A DNA stretch of 64,000 bases from Flaccisagitta enflata (taxonomy: Eukaryota). The notes under the pieces were generated by a model that searched no databases, was not told the origin of the DNA, and saw only the letters and a list, made by a program, of their open reading frames with translations. The stretch lies in assembly GCA_965153355.1 (NCBI GenBank), contig OZ231126.1, positions 34,658,001 through 34,722,000 on the forward strand, in the 5' to 3' direction. Shown here in pieces: positions 39,150 to 53,616 of the stretch. Each line of letters opens with the position of its first letter. The stretch's first letter is position 1. The position numbers and the translations under genes were made by a program.

Positions 39150-40217
39150 TTATGACTAAAAAATCACCTTTTCAAATCAACTAGCTTAAAAGGTTTTATC
39201 TATAGTACTCATCACTTTTAAAGTTTTTGGTTAGAAGTCTCCAAACCGAGTTAAAAACGCCAAAATTAAGCACATTTTTTGTTCATATAGGCCAGTCAAT
39301 AGGCCGGTTGGGTAGTAACAGCTAAGCCAGCTCGCATACTTCATGCAAATAAATCAGATGAATGTGTGGAGTTTCCATAACCAGTTTTAGGCAAATTGGC
39401 TAAAAAATGAAGAATTTTAGGCAAATCGGCTAAAAAATGAAGAAATTAACGGCTAAAAAATGAAGTTATGCATGTTTTTAGACGCGCGCACGCAACTCTG
39501 ACCCGCTCTGTCCATCTGTCGGTCGTTCGGTCAGTCCGTCAGTTGGTCCGTCAGTTGGTCCGTCCGTCGGTCACACTTAGCTTTTTTTCGTCGTTTATGT
39601 CATTTTTCGTCGTTTATGTCATTTTTTGTTATGTCATTTTAAGTCATTTTTAGTAGTCTTTTGGTCTTTTGGTCTTAACAACCACACGCAACTGTAAGGT
39701 GTTGGCCTTGTTCACTTTTAGGCTGGTAGGCTAGCTAAGTGGTATGCTTATGTGACAGGATAAGTTGTGTGCATATCTTAAGTTCTCCCATTTAGAGAAT
39801 CCATACCCAGTTTCAACAAAACTAATTGAAAAATATAAAAGTTATGTAAATTTTTCACTTTTAGGCCAATAGGCTGGTTGGTTGGTAGGCCGGTTGAATC
39901 AATTAGCATGTTTAAATGCATATAAATCAAATACATAAGCGGAGTCCATTTAGGAACTCCATTCAAAATTTCAACCAAATTGGTTGAAAATGCTTGAGAC
40001 GGCTTCCCTCCGAAGGCAACATTTGCGTTTCAAAGACGGTCAAAATAGAAAAAATGTATAAATTAAAATGTAAAGATAAATGAATAAAAGTGATTAAGAT
40101 AGCTCAGACATATTTAAAAGAAAAATTTGCATTTACTTAAAGTACGGTGGGAGCAATAAGGGCAGTACAAAGAGGGCCTTCTATATTCTTATTGTTTGAA
40201 TGAAAAACCTAATGCTA

Positions 40218-40984
40218 CAGGGAATACCCCGCAAAGTGCCACCAAAGAAAACGTCATATTTTAGCTTCTAGAAGAGATATTCAAATTCTGAAAAAAGTTC
40301 TAAAAAGTTTTTTTAAACCGATTTTATGAGATACAAAAATAATGGACACAACTTCAAAACTTGTGTCTGTACTGTAGCATTGAAAGAAAGTTTGAAAATG
40401 GCGAGGCACGCATTTTCCTTATTGGGGGTTTTGGAGTGGTTATACTGATTTTGATAAAATTTCTCAACCTAGTGAGCAAAAACTCTAGGGTTGGGCTTGA
40501 ATGAAAGATATTTGGAAGTAGTTTATGAATGCACAAAATGATCAGGCTGTAAATCTATATTTGATCAGAAATTTGCCTACCACAGGCTAAAAACAACACT
40601 TTTGCTCTAAAAAACCCTGTGAAAAATGTACTAATTTGATAGAAATTTGATGGGAAACTCACAAAACTTTTCAGATACCAATTTTTTAAAAAGATATCTT
40701 CAATTAGAGACCGTTTCCAGCAGTATGGCACAATTTGTTGATAAATGGCAGAGAAAAAATGAACAACTCAAACTTATTTTTTGAGAAAAACAGTGATTTC
40801 TCGCAAAAATTGAGCATTTTTCACTTATTCCGGGTCGGTTATTTTTTCAAAACCCAATTTGTTAGTTTAATACAGACAAAATCGGTTTAAATGATCTTTC
40901 AGGAACTTTTTTTAGAATTAGATTATCATTTCTTGAAGCAGAAATATGACGTTTTCTTTGGTGGCACTTTGTGGGGTATTCCTG
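40218..40984. mobile_element. MITE-like element with inverted ends
   Basis: GGAATACCCCGCAAAGTGCCACCAAAGAAAACGTCATATTT and its near reverse complement at ~40941-40982. Confidence 0.7.
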
Positions 40985-41067
40985 ACGGTCCAAGGTAGTG
41001 AGTGAACATAAAATTCCACATCAAGTGATTCAAAACAAAACTGAGAATTGAATTGTTTTCATTGCAT

Positions 41068-41160
41068 GTGGTGCGATAGCTCTGTTGGTAGAGTGCTGAC
41101 CTTAAGAGAAACAGTTTCTTCCCTTCAGAGTCACAGGTTTGATTCCAGAGAGGTGCTGCA
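41068..41160 (+). pseudogene. tRNA-like sequence (pseudo-tRNA or SINE head)
   Basis: A-box TAGCTCTGTTGGTAGAG, B-box GGTTTGATTCC, G-U-rich acceptor pairing and a downstream T-run; anticodon arm irregular. Confidence 0.5.
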
Positions 41161-42087
41161 CTTTTTTTCTTTTTGGTCAAGACTTACAGCTAGAGGTATG
41201 GAACTATATTCACTCAAAGCTCTTGCCCATCAGCTTTCAGAAAAACCATAGTTCAAACTACTTCATTAAGATAGTGCAGCAGGAAATGACCCTCCATCTG
41301 AGGTCCTTATTGCTCCCATCGTACTGTAGCAAGAGGACCAAGTTTAGCCAATGTTACCAAAAAAATTGTTTAGAAAATCTATACTATCTTATTTTTAGTC
41401 ACTGACGAGTAGCTGGTCAAAATTTTAAATTTGCATAGGAAATAAAAAAATAAAAAAACAAAGAACATACTTCTCTTCCCAAATTGATTACAGAGAGAAC
41501 TATGTTCTTTAAAATGCAAAATTTCCCTATGTTTGGCTTTCTTAGAATTTCGACCTCAGAAAATGAAAAAAAGTGTAAACAGAAATTCACTAAAAAACAT
41601 CATTTTCATTCTTATTTTCATGTGGAACGCATAGTTCAAATTACATTTTAAGTCAGAATATGATAAGAATGTATGCATCAAGTGTCCTTAGAGACAATTT
41701 GTCCACTTAAAGCATTCCAGCTTCATTATTGTCCTGATAATAATGCAAAAAGTATGGTGAAACACTTCATTTTTCTTCATAAATTTTCTGTCTTTAGGTT
41801 CTTCATTTTTTGGCTGATTAGCCGGGGTAGTGGGATCACAAAAATTGGACGGGGTGTAAGACACCTCACCCTAGTAAAACTTCTCATTAAATACACTTTT
41901 TTTTTTTTATAAGAGACAAGATTTTTAAACTCAGCCTGGATGTTCTTAAATTTTTTGCTGTTTTGAGGCTCAAATTCTCTTAAATTGTTCTTATTTTTTT
42001 CGACGCGTGAAATATGGAAAATTATGTTTAAATACACTATTTACATGGAAAACAATGTATAAATACACTATTTCGTAGTGTTCTATG

Positions 42088-42390
42088 CAGGGGTGTATAT
42101 TCTTGAGTCGCTTTTGATTTTTTTCCCCCCCTGCCTTCGATTTTCTTCTTTTTTTTATCTATGATTTTCTTCCCCATAGAGCAATAAAACTATGTAGCTA
42201 AGGTTTAGATAGTGTTAAATTTTGTTTTACTAATTGGGTTTCATGATTTAGTACTGTCAAAAGTTATATTTTCCCCAAATTTTCTTTTTTTCTCTTTTTT
42301 CCCCCTTTGGTTTCCTTCCCCATCTCCAGACCCTTTGATTTTCCCCCCCCCCCCACCAGGGGGGGGAAAACTCAATAATATACAGGCCTG
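42088..42390. mobile_element. hAT-type MITE (third copy)
   Basis: CAGGGGTGTATA..TATACAGGCCTG with TSD GTTCTATG. Confidence 0.92.
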
Positions 42391-42689
42391 GTTCTATGTA
42401 TTTTCAATTGAAAACTTGTTAGTTACTATAAAACTTTAAATATCTTGTTCAATGTGACAAACAAAACCAAAAAAGAAAGTCTTTTTCTGAAAAATTTACA
42501 AATTTCGAAAAAAGTTTTAGGATTGTCATATGTTTTATCAAGAGACTCAAAAAAAACTTCCTAAAAAATTTCCAAAATTGAATCTCAGCCTGGGCATTCT
42601 CTTATTTTGTTCTTAAAATTTCATCAAATCTCAGCCTCATGTCTCTTATAAACTGGTCTCTTATAAAATAAAAAAAGTGTATTGTCTCA

Positions 42690-43100
42690 AATCCTACCTT
42701 TTCTTTTACAGCTGAGCCTGATCTTCGATCTTTCTATCGCGCATCAAATTTGGTCTTGAATGTACTAGCAAAGCCCGATGAAGCTGTACAAATGCAACTT
42801 CTATTTACTAATTGTGTGCCTACACTCAGTTATGGCTGCTCAATTAAGGATTATTCTTCTAGACAAATGAGTGATTGCAACATTGCTGTAAACAATGCGA
42901 TACGGAGAATTTTCTCGTTTAACAAAAATGGGAGAGTACAAGAACCTTACGTGAGCAATTTGGTTACCCATCTCTGTACGAAATTTTTTCAAAGGCTAAG
43001 GACAAATTTAGACTTTCGATTGCAAATCATAGTAACACGGTCCTTTCCTCGTTGTCTCTGATAAAAATCACCAATCAAGACGAAGACGAATTGCCTTAAA
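42690..43100 (+). mobile_element. 5'-truncated LINE, degraded ORF2 C-terminus
   Basis: SFYRASN..QLLFTNCVPTLSYGC..AVNNAIRRIF is typical of the region downstream of RT in CR1/L2-clade LINEs. Confidence 0.7.
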
Positions 43101-43619
43101 AGATAATTGTTACGGCTTCTAGTTTGTAGTTGTAGTTTTTAGTTTTTTGTATGAAATCTGTCGCTTTTACATGCTGACGAATTAAAATACCTCATATCAA
43201 TCATTGGACATTGTCGTTATAGAGGTGCTTTGTCGCACCTAAAAAGAAAAAAACAATTTTCAAAATTCTTGGCTCGAGTTTCGAACGGTGAAATTTGCTA
43301 AAAGTATAGGAAATTGAAAATTTTAAAATGAAAATTTTTAAAATCTGATTGCAGATTCTTATTCTCCATGAAAAAGTATGTACGCAAGGTATAATTCATT
43401 TTTTAAAATTCTTATAGGAACATGACAAAAATTCCAATTTTAGTTGAAAAAAGCTAACAAAAGATCACTGTGCTTTTGTTATTTTTAATATTTGACAGGC
43501 TTCTTGTAAAAATATCAAAAAAGAAGAGCACTTTTCATTTATACTTTTTCATGAAGAATCTGAATCTGCAATCAGATTAAGTTTACAAATGCAAAAAAAA
43601 GTTTATTCGCAAATGATCT

Positions 43620-43856
<237 letters not shown>

Positions 43857-44312
43857 AAATTGGTTTACGTGAATTTGTTGCTTAAGATTATTGATTCTTT
43901 GATTTTCTAGTTCCTTACTTTTACTGATTCCTAAAAAAAACAGATCATGAGTTTTGTCCTTTAAATAGATATATATTTGTTGTCATAATATTCTGAAATG
44001 TTACATTGTATTTTATGATTTTTATTGCTCTGAGGCATTTGATATTTATAAGTTGCGTGCACGCGACTCTACAACCCACTTCGGTTGGTTGGTTGGTCGG
44101 TTGGTCACATTTTACTTTTTTTTATGATTTTATTTTTTGACTGCTCCTGCCAAAATGGTCTGGTGACCTCAAATATGGCCCCTGCCCACCCATACGCGAC
44201 TTTGATAGCCATGTATCTGGCCTTGTTTTTGGTAAAAAGTGATGATAGCAATAGAGCTCAGCAATATTTGTATAAATCTACAAGCATCTATCTGCCTTTG
44301 TCTTTGTCTCTG

Positions 44313-44387
<75 letters not shown>

Positions 44388-44855
44388 ACAGAAAAATCGG
44401 GCGGCAAAATATTCACTGAAGGGTCTTGTGTTCTGAAAGGACAAAAGATGCTTCGAAATTGCTAAAAATATGCCATTTTCAGCTAGTCCACAGTATTTTC
44501 GACGAGGAATCCGAAAATCATGGTCACAAAGAGCTCCGGAAACCATTTCAGTATCTTATGCTAATACTTAGATAAAGTATTTTTCCATAATATAATTGAA
44601 CTTTTTGCATGATAAGATAGATTTTAATATGATATGCGTATGAGAAGTAAAAATAAAGGGTGCAAAATTTAAGGATATTCATAAAAAATCTGATTTTGTG
44701 TAGTGAACATGTCTCGCGTAAAATTCTAAAACTGTCTCTGAATGCAAGAATTTGCATTTTGAAAAACATGGCGTCAGTGTTAATACTTTAAAGAAAAGGG
44801 CCATGTTTTTAGAAATGCAAATTTTTATGTTTAGAAAGTCTTAGAATTTTACGTA

Positions 44856-45396
44856 CCCTGCCATCAATTACAACTGTAACGAAAGAAACCTTTATTGCGC
44901 CTAAAGTATTTACATTGAAGAATTCTGCTTCGCATCTTCTGACAGCATATGATCTACAGTTTTTTCATGCAGAATTTCAAAACTCCAGCTCAAATGGTTT
45001 GGCCACAATACCCATTTGAATGAAAAAGTTGCTAGGCAAGTTTAAACAAATTTTGATTTTGAAAATACTTGAATATTTGCTCAAATTTTTTTAATTGGAA
45101 ACAATTTTTGCAAAATGCAAAACAATTTCTTGATTAATCTGGTTATTTTTATTCAATTTGCATAAATCTAGAACAGTCTTTGCGTGAAAAATTGCTTAGA
45201 AATGATGTTTTTGAGGAAAATCTTGTTAAATTTGAAAATCATGTGGAAACAAAACCGCTCAAGCCAGTGCTTTAAAATTTTGCATGAACAAATGGTAGGT
45301 TATGTGCTTTTAGATGAAACAAAGCAGAATTCCTCAATATTGATTCTATAAGTGTAATAAAGATTTCTTTCGTTACAGTTGTATTTGATGACAGGG
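44856..45396. mobile_element. TA-flanked MITE
   Basis: CCCTGCCATCAATTACAACTGTAACGAAAGAAA / TTTCTTTCGTTACAGTTGTATTTGATGACAGGG. Confidence 0.75.
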
Positions 45397-45659
45397 TAGC
45401 AATATCTAATGTTCTCTGTGCAATTCTCTTCGAAGAAATCTATTGTTTTAGTGAGTATGCTAAGACCTTACCGATGCGAGATCAATACCATTGATCAGTT
45501 AATGTTTTGGTTATATTTCCGCAGAAAAGCAGCGTATTCCACGACATAAGAGAATGATTTGTCTAATTTGACGCAGTTCTGCACCACGACATAAGTCAAT
45601 CTGATCAAAAGAACATGTACAAACGTGAGCAATTTGACATACAAGAGCGTTCTTTCTAC

Positions 45660-46270
45660 ATTTCTTTTTTTCCCTCTCTCCTTTCTCCCTCCCTTCCATC
45701 CTTCCTTCCATCCTTCCTTCCATTCTCACTTCCATCCATTCTTTCATCCTTCCTTCCTTTCATCCATTCATCCTTCCATCCTTCCCTCTATCCCTCCTTA
45801 CATGCTTGCTACCATTCTTCTTTCATTCTTCCCTCCTACCTTCCTTCCTTTCTTCTCTCTTTTCTTTTCTCTCTTCTTCTTCTTCTTCTTCTTTTTCTTC
45901 TTCGTCTTCTTCTTCTTCTTCTTTTTCTTCTTCGTCTTCTTCTTCTTCTTCTTCTTCTTATTTGTCTTCTTCTTCTTCTTCTTCTTCTTCTTCTTCTTCA
46001 TGAGAGATTGGTTAGTGATATCCAACCCCAGCTCCCACCCAACCACTTTATCTTGAGCCCAAATCTAGCAATGATACATGACCAATGTTTAGAATTTACC
46101 AAAAATAATGTTGACCACGTGACAGATCTTCCAGACAAAAATTTCAGAAATAATAATAACAATAAAATAATAAAATAATAACAATAATAACAACAATAAC
46201 AATAACTAAATAACAATAACAATAACAATAACAATAATGTAATAACAATAACAATAACAGCAACAATAAC
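45660..46270. repeat. (TTCC)n, (CTT)n and (AACAAT)n simple repeats
   Basis: Directly visible. Confidence 0.9.
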
Positions 46271-46784
46271 ACCCTTGGGACAAAAACTTTATCCCCTTCC
46301 ACACACACCTACAGCTACACACAAAACCACACACACACACCAACACACACTGCACTCAATAATAACTGCGTGTTTATTGCACTTTCAACTCAAAACGTGA
46401 TCAGCCAACAGATGGACCAACAGATGGACAGACAGAGCCCCTTATATAGAGCTGCATGTCCTCAACAAAAAAGGAAATGTTTCAGCAGATAAGGAAGCTA
46501 TAGGTTTCATGACAATGTTATTAACACATTGTGGCTAAAGAAATAATTGGTATACAATAAAAATGATGTGCTAAAAACAAATGGTCGATCCGCCTCCCCA
46601 CTGGCCATGGGCTTTTCTTCCTCCTTGGCGAAAAGGCTGAATCCAAGGGCAGGGGCAAGGGTCTCGCTAGGTAGGTTCCCAACTATTTTGATGGGGTTTC
46701 TGGGTTTAAACCTCTAGATTAGTTCACTTAGACAGCCTGTACAAACCGGTTCAAGAATCCCTGCATAAGTTTCATCCTTATTAT

Positions 46785-47360
46785 GATGAGACGAATGGTA
46801 AGATTTATTTTCTCAATGCACCATATGGACCATGTTGGTACAAGGGAGTTTAGGAACCTTGGTTGGCTCACGCTTTCTGATCGCGTTAAATACTTCAAAC
46901 TGTGTCACGTTTTCAAAGTCCGGTCAGGGAAAGCCCCCCCTAATGTGTCACAGTCCTTTACTTTCCTTATTGATTCTCACTCATACGCTACCAGAGGTAG
47001 CCCTTCAGGCAACTTTTTTGTTTCGAAACAGGCATCACTTAAAACCACGAGTTTTTCATACACAGCGATGATGGCTTGGAATAATCTGCCTCCATCCTTG
47101 AAGAGTGTAAAGTCGGAGTCCGCCTTCAAAGGGCGACTCAAAGAGTATCTTCTTTCCCAGTATTGATTTTTATTAGACTCTGTTTTGGATTTGTCTAACG
47201 GAATTTGGTTCTCGAACACGCTTTAGTCTAACGTTTTATGACTTTTTTATTCTTTTATGATTTTTTAATGTTTTCAATGGACCCTGATGGAAACAAGTCA
47301 CACCAACTTTTTCAGGCTATCCACGATCAAAGCTTTTATACAATTTAATATGAGATTGTA
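46785..47360 (+). mobile_element. 3' end of a CR1/L2/Crack-like LINE
   Basis: LGWLTLSDRVKYFKLCHVFK..GKAP..HSYATR..SFSY..WNNLPPSLK..FKGRLKEYL is a classic LINE ORF2 C-terminus. Confidence 0.8.
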
Positions 47361-47540
47361 CTTTACCTTTGAATCGAAATACATACTACTACTACTACTT
47401 CTTTTTCTTCTTTTTCTTCTTAATCTTACTTTTTCTTCTTCTTCTTCTTTATGGGCAGCGGCCTCGGACAAAAATCTGACAATATCCCTCACTATACCCA
47501 AACTGAAAAGTATGGAAGAGGGCCTTGAGAGTCCTCACTG

Positions 47541-48268
47541 ACTAGTTACGGTATGATTCATCTTGTTTGCAACATTCGATACAATGTAACTCTTAAAGTA
47601 ATAAAGATAATCAAATTCTGAAAAAAGTCTTTGAAGGATAAATGTCTGGCATTTTCTCATGAACGATTCTTAAAGATTTTTCAAAGAAAGTGACTTTCAT
47701 TTCACATTCACACTGAAATCTTTGCAATTTAAAAAAAAAAACATTTTGTCATGCTGTCAGGAAAACTGATTTTTAGTCACGGACTCGCGACTCTTGAACC
47801 CGCCATGTCGTTTTGTCCATCTGTCGGTCCGTCGGTCCGTTGGTAACCAAAACAAAATGTGAGCGTCTTTTTTTGCTATTCCGCTCCTGCTCACCCGTCC
47901 GCGACTTGGGGGGAGTGTATACGGCCTTGTTTAAGATTTGTCTCATTGCTGAAAATTTGAGTTTTTGACACCAGATTGGCTGTAAATTGAAGATGCTTAA
48001 TATAATTCATGGAAACAAAGAGAGAAAAATACCTTTTTGTTATTTCTAGTGAAAAACAGGCAGAAAAAAGAGTTTTTTTTTTGCCAAAAATTGTTATCTT
48101 TTCATTATAGCATCAGATTTTTCTCAAAAATCTCTAAGAATTGTACATGAAAAAATGCCAAACATTAATCTTTCAAAAACTTTTTTTTCAGAATTTGATT
48201 ATCTTTATTTCTTTTTGAGTTATATCATCATCAAATGTTGCAAACAAGATAAATCATACTGTACTAGT
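47541..48268. mobile_element. MITE with long inverted arms and a nested repeat
   Basis: ACTAGTTACGGTATGATTCATCTTGTTTGCAACATT versus AATGTTGCAAACAAGATAAATCATACTGTACTAGT. Confidence 0.7.
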
Positions 48269-49479
48269 TACACTAACCTAACAAAGAACCATTCTGAGTC
48301 TAACCAATAACACTAATGCCTACCAAATAGATGAGGGCATATGATAGTTACTTGTTTAGCCGAAATTCAATAGATCACCCGAGGTCAACATTGTACCACG
48401 CGGATAAAAAGAAAGACGCACTTTTAAATGGGTTATTCAGCTGCCTAGCCACACAGATCTTCAAAAACACAAAATACGTGCAGATCATTCTTAGAAGCAT
48501 CTTTGAACACACTTTCATTTGGCGCCAATCTGGTATTGCTATCTTTTTTCGTTAAGAAATGGCATTAGTTTGAGTAATAACATTGCCTATTTCAGTTTCG
48601 CAATCCCTATAAAAGAAGTGCATTTTAGAAATCTAGTGCTTCTCTTTGCAGCGCTCTAGCTCCTAAACCGTTTGAGATAAAGACCAAGGATTGGTCTAGA
48701 ATGAAAGATTTTTTGGAAATCTTTTAAAATGTCTTTCTTAAAAATAGCTTGAATTATTTCATATATGACAGAAAATTTTGCATCATTACGAGGACAATAA
48801 TGAAGCTGGATTGGTTTTTTTAAACAAATTGTCTCTAAAGACATATATTTGTATTGTATTTTATTTTGACTTAAAATGCAGTTTGAACTATAATTAACAT
48901 GAAAACAAGCATGAAAATGATTTTTTTTTGGTGAATTTCTGCTTTTACATTTTTTTCATTTTCTGAGGTCAAAGAAATTCCCTAAGAAAGCCAAACACAG
49001 GAAATTTTGCATTTTGAAAAACATAGTTCTCTCTGTAGTCGAATTGGGAAGAGAACTTTTTTTTTTTTTTTTTGTTTTTTTCATTTTTTCATTTCCTATG
49101 CAGATTTAGAATTTCGGCCAGCCCCCTGTCAGTGATCAAAAATAGAATAAGCACAATTTTTCAAAACTATTTTTTTGCTAACTTTGGCTAAACTTGGTCC
49201 TCTTGCTAAACAAATGCAAATTTTTCTTTTGAATATCATGTCTGAGCCATCTCAATCACTTTTATTCACTCTTTTTTGCATTATAATAGTAATAATAATA
49301 TAAAGTATCGCAACCAAAGCAGACCCCGGAGAGTCCATAATTACTATCTTGTTTTCAGCAAGATAGTAATGGCTGCTACCAGTACAAAAAATTGAATGAA
49401 ATTAATATGTTTTTCTAAACGCATTCACAAGTTGAAAGTATTTGGTTTATTTGTAGATCCTAATTGTCACAAAATAACT

Positions 49480-50260
49480 CCACTGAGCTGATGTTGTCAT
49501 TGTCGTTGTCATTGTCGTTGTCATTGTCGTCGTTGCTGATATTGATATTGTTGTCGTTGTCATTGTCATTGTTGAAAGAGTTGTTGCTGAAAACATCAGT
49601 GTTTTTGGCGTCAACGCAGCTATCGCCGTTACTGTTGCTGCATGTAACTCCGCAGCTGTCGCTGCAGCTGTTACCGCAGCTGTCGCCGCAGCTGTTGCCA
49701 CAGCCGTCGCCGCAGCTGCCGCCGCAGCCGTCATCGCAGCTGTCGCCGTAACTGTCACCGCAGCTGTCAACGCGGCTGTCGCCATCATTGATGCAGTCGT
49801 TGATACTTTTGTTGATGTCCTTGTTGTATGCTGCTGTTTCTGATGTTAGCGCTGCCCAGTTCAAACGTATTGGAACCCATCGGCAACGGCCTGAGAGAAA
49901 CAGGCCGTTAAAGATGAATTGCCCGATAGTTTCAAGGTGAATTATTTCCTTGTAGCAAGTTGGTTAGAACGTTTGTATTGCCGACATGTGGAATCTTTCT
50001 TTTGATTGGTGTTGTTGCTGCTAAGATTGTTGTTGGTGCTGTTGATGTTATTGTGGTTGTTGTTGTTGTTGCTGTTGTTACTGTCGTCAATGCTGTGGTT
50101 CATGTTGTCGTTGCTACTGTTGTTGATGCTACCAGAGATGCCGTTGCTTTGATGCTATGTTGTTGTTGCTGTTGTTGTTGTTGCTGTTGCTGTTGTTGCT
50201 GCTGCAGCAGCTGCTGTTGTTGCTGTTGTTGTTGTTGTTGTTGTTGTTGCTGATATCGCT
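49480..50260. repeat. Trinucleotide / 12-bp low-complexity repeats (TGT, GCAGCTGTCGCC)
   Basis: Directly visible. Confidence 0.8.
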
Positions 50261-50782
50261 GATGTCGATTGCCCCATCTGCAAAAGGGATAGCAAACAGC
50301 GACAGACAAACCCCAACAAAATTCCTTCCACTGGTGATGGCTGCATACTTTTTGAAACAGACATAGATAGAAACATACCTGCAACGGCCTGAAAGAAACA
50401 GGCCGTTAACGTTGAATCGCCCGTTGGTTCCAAGGTAGTAATTTCCTTTCTTCACAGTTCATTACGTTGTTGCAGAAATATTCACAGTGGGATGGCTTTT
50501 TCGAATCAAGTTATGTCATTGAGGTGTACCACAATTCAAATTTTTGTCTCTGTTTCCCTTTCAGTTTCTTCCGTTTTTCTTTGTTTTTTTTTTTTTTTTT
50601 TCTAATTTTCATGATTTTTAATTGATTTCTTTTGATTGGTGTTGTTATTATTTTTTGTCATTTGTTTTTTTAGACATGCACTATGGGATGGCCTTTTCCT
50701 TTTATGAATTTCTGTTATTGTTGCTATTGTCGCTAAATAAGGGCCAATTCAGTAAAGTTGGAAAAAAATTTTTTTTTTGTAA

Positions 50783-51190
50783 TTAGCGAGGCCGAAAAGC
50801 CAGAGCTCTTGATCCACGTCCACCAACAACTTTCCAAATTTTTGAAAGTTTCTCCTCTGATGATAGGCCTTCATTCCTTTTGAAAGCTTCTTGTCGGAGA
50901 AGAAGCTCATTTGTTTTCTCCTCAGCACACTGCATTTTGGTCAAATCATGGGTGATGCTCACTCCTTTCCATTTTTCGTTGCCTTTTGCCCATTTTTGCT
51001 TTGGCTAAGATATCATTTTTGATAATGGCATTTGGTGCAGTTTGATGACATATTTGTAATTCTGACTGTTGTACTTTTCCAACTTGAAGCTACTTGATAT
51101 ATTTTTTTCATTTCGATTCCTTGAAACACAAATGTTGCTTCGGAGGGCGTCAATCTGTTAACACCGATAGTGCCCTTTTTTTTCCAAGTA
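50783..51190 (-). pseudogene. Frameshifted LINE ORF1-like fragment
   Basis: Manual translation KNDILAKAK/GNEKWKGVSITHDLTKMQCAEEK..WKVVGGRG resembles LINE ORF1 C-termini. Confidence 0.45.
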
Positions 51191-51364
51191 AGAAAATCAT
51201 GCCCTAAGGATACAGTAGATGCCGTCTATATTTGATGTGGCTGGGGTCTTATCCTAAATACACATTCATATTTTGAAGGCAGCATGCTGCCCTGCCTTAA
51301 TGAGAGCATGTCAAATGAAGGAAAGGAAGAAATGTAGCCTCTTATAGAGTTGCGTGTCCACAAC

Positions 51365-51456
51365 TTAAAAATGGAAGGGAGAAAAAAGAAAAGGAAGAAA
51401 AAGAAAGAAAGAGAGAGAAAGAAAGAAAGAAAGAAGGAAAGAAAGAAAGAAAGAAA

Positions 51457-51504
<48 letters not shown>

Positions 51505-51520
51505 AAAGAAAAGAAAAAAA

Positions 51521-51600
<80 letters not shown>
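51365..51600. repeat. (GAAA)n-(GA)n microsatellite
   Basis: Directly visible. Confidence 0.95.
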
Positions 51601-51606
<6 letters not shown>

Positions 51607-53217
51607 AGAGCGACAGGTCAAGGGGAAGAAACTTTAAAGGGAATTATGATTTTTGGTAACACCAAAACATGAGACATAATTAGTATAATACAATTCAACA
51701 CAATTTGAACCTACTAAGTGTGTTGTGCTTTGTGGGGAAGAAAATCTAAGACAGAGGAAGGGTGAGGGGGGGGGGGGCTCTATATCATTCCTGAGAAATC
51801 GATTAGCTTGTCGGAAACTTGATAAGAGAAAATTATGCACCTCGGAAGATTTTCAAAACATGAACGCCTAATTAATACAGTAGGAACCCGATTTAACGAC
51901 CCTGAAGGGACTGGGAACATTTGGTTGTTAAATCCGAATGTTGTTAAATCGAATTTCTTATTTTCTTCAATTACTTGTTCTAAGTCGTGGTGCGGAACAG
52001 CGTCAAATTTGACAAATCATTCTGTTCTGTGATGGAATATGCTGCTATGCAGCGGAAATAAAACAAAAACTAAAGTCTTATGCATGCTTGATACTCCCTA
52101 AATTAATCAAAAAACGGTTAACTGACCAATGGTATTGATCTCCCATCGGTAAAGTCGCAGCATACTTAGTGAAACAACAAAATTCTTTAAAAAGAATTGC
52201 ACGGAAAATGAATCTGTCTCTGAATACAAAATTTTGTAGCTCTAAACACATGGCCTGTTTCTTAAAAGTTTTTAGACTGATGCCATGTTTTTCAAAATGC
52301 AAAATTTTAAATTTAGAGACAGATTTGGTTTTTTACGCGAGACATGTCAATGCACAAGAATCAATTTTTATTAAAAATCCATCAATTTCGCATACTTTTT
52401 TCTAACATTTCCTAAGCATATGGTACAGAAAAACGTTTTCCTATGCAAAAAATTGATGATTACCAACTACAAATCCTTTATCTCAATAAAAAATCTTTGA
52501 ATATATAAAATAAAAAATATCGTATAAATCGTCTTGACATGTCAAATTTTGTATTCGTTTGCACTGTGACCTAAATAGGTGCAGGCTAACATCAGTGCCA
52601 AATCAATTATATATATGTTCTTTTAATTCCTCAGCATATATGGCGACAGAGACAAACAAATCATACATGAGTTACTAATCTAAACAATGTATAAATCTAA
52701 AAATCCTTGTTCTAAGGCCAAGTAACGAGCGAGTTTAGAAATGATGATAATGATGAGATGCAGGAATGACCAAGCCACATGTCTCTGATGGCCTGGGCCT
52801 GGGCCTGGGCCCGGGCCATAAACGAACCTTTTCTTCTAATCTTTGAATTCTTGCTGCTCCTAGGCTAATGAGTATTCATGATTACTAAACCCCAATATGT
52901 GACATTCAATTCTAAAAAAAAAAAATGATTAGAAATGGTTTTTAAACATTTTTTTAAAGATTCTGTCATATATGTTGGATAACCAGTTATTGTCCTTGTC
53001 GGTGATCAAGTGTTGATAACGTAACTTCGTTGAATTAAATGAAACTGCCAGGCCCTGGCATCATGAATCCGCTCAGAGAAAGAAAAAATTCGAAGAAACT
53101 GGAGGTGGCGCAACCCGTAACTAGTCCCTTCAGCTATTCTGTAACTAGATAAAACCAGTTGCTTTTCGCCAATGATTCTCTGATTTCGACGTCCACAACC
53201 TTACCATTAGCCAACTA

Positions 53218-53431
53218 ACACCTGTTAAAGTATTATTGTCACAGCAACACTTACAGTAAAACTATAAAAAGCGCACTTTTAGTTGGCCTAGTAAGATGAA
53301 ATTTTTACTGAAGTGTCTTGATACCTTTGAGCTACTATGGTTCAAATTTCATCCAACTGGGCCAACTAGAAGTATGCTTTTCATGGAATAGATTTATTTG
53401 CCGCTGTGACAATAATTGTTGAACAGGTGTT
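53218..53431. mobile_element. Short TA-flanked MITE
   Basis: ACACCTGTTAAAGTATTATTGTCACAGC / GCTGTGACAATAATTGTTGAACAGGTGT. Confidence 0.65.
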
Positions 53432-53567
53432 ACAATTCCAAATTAAGTTGCACCTTTTCATTAAGTCTACCTTGGTCTGAAGATGAGTCTCAAGATGTCT
53501 CAAGATGTAGAAGCCATAAATCTTGAGACTCTTGTGGGGAAATTTTAAATGTCTTCATGTCTCTCCT

Positions 53568-53616
<49 letters not shown>

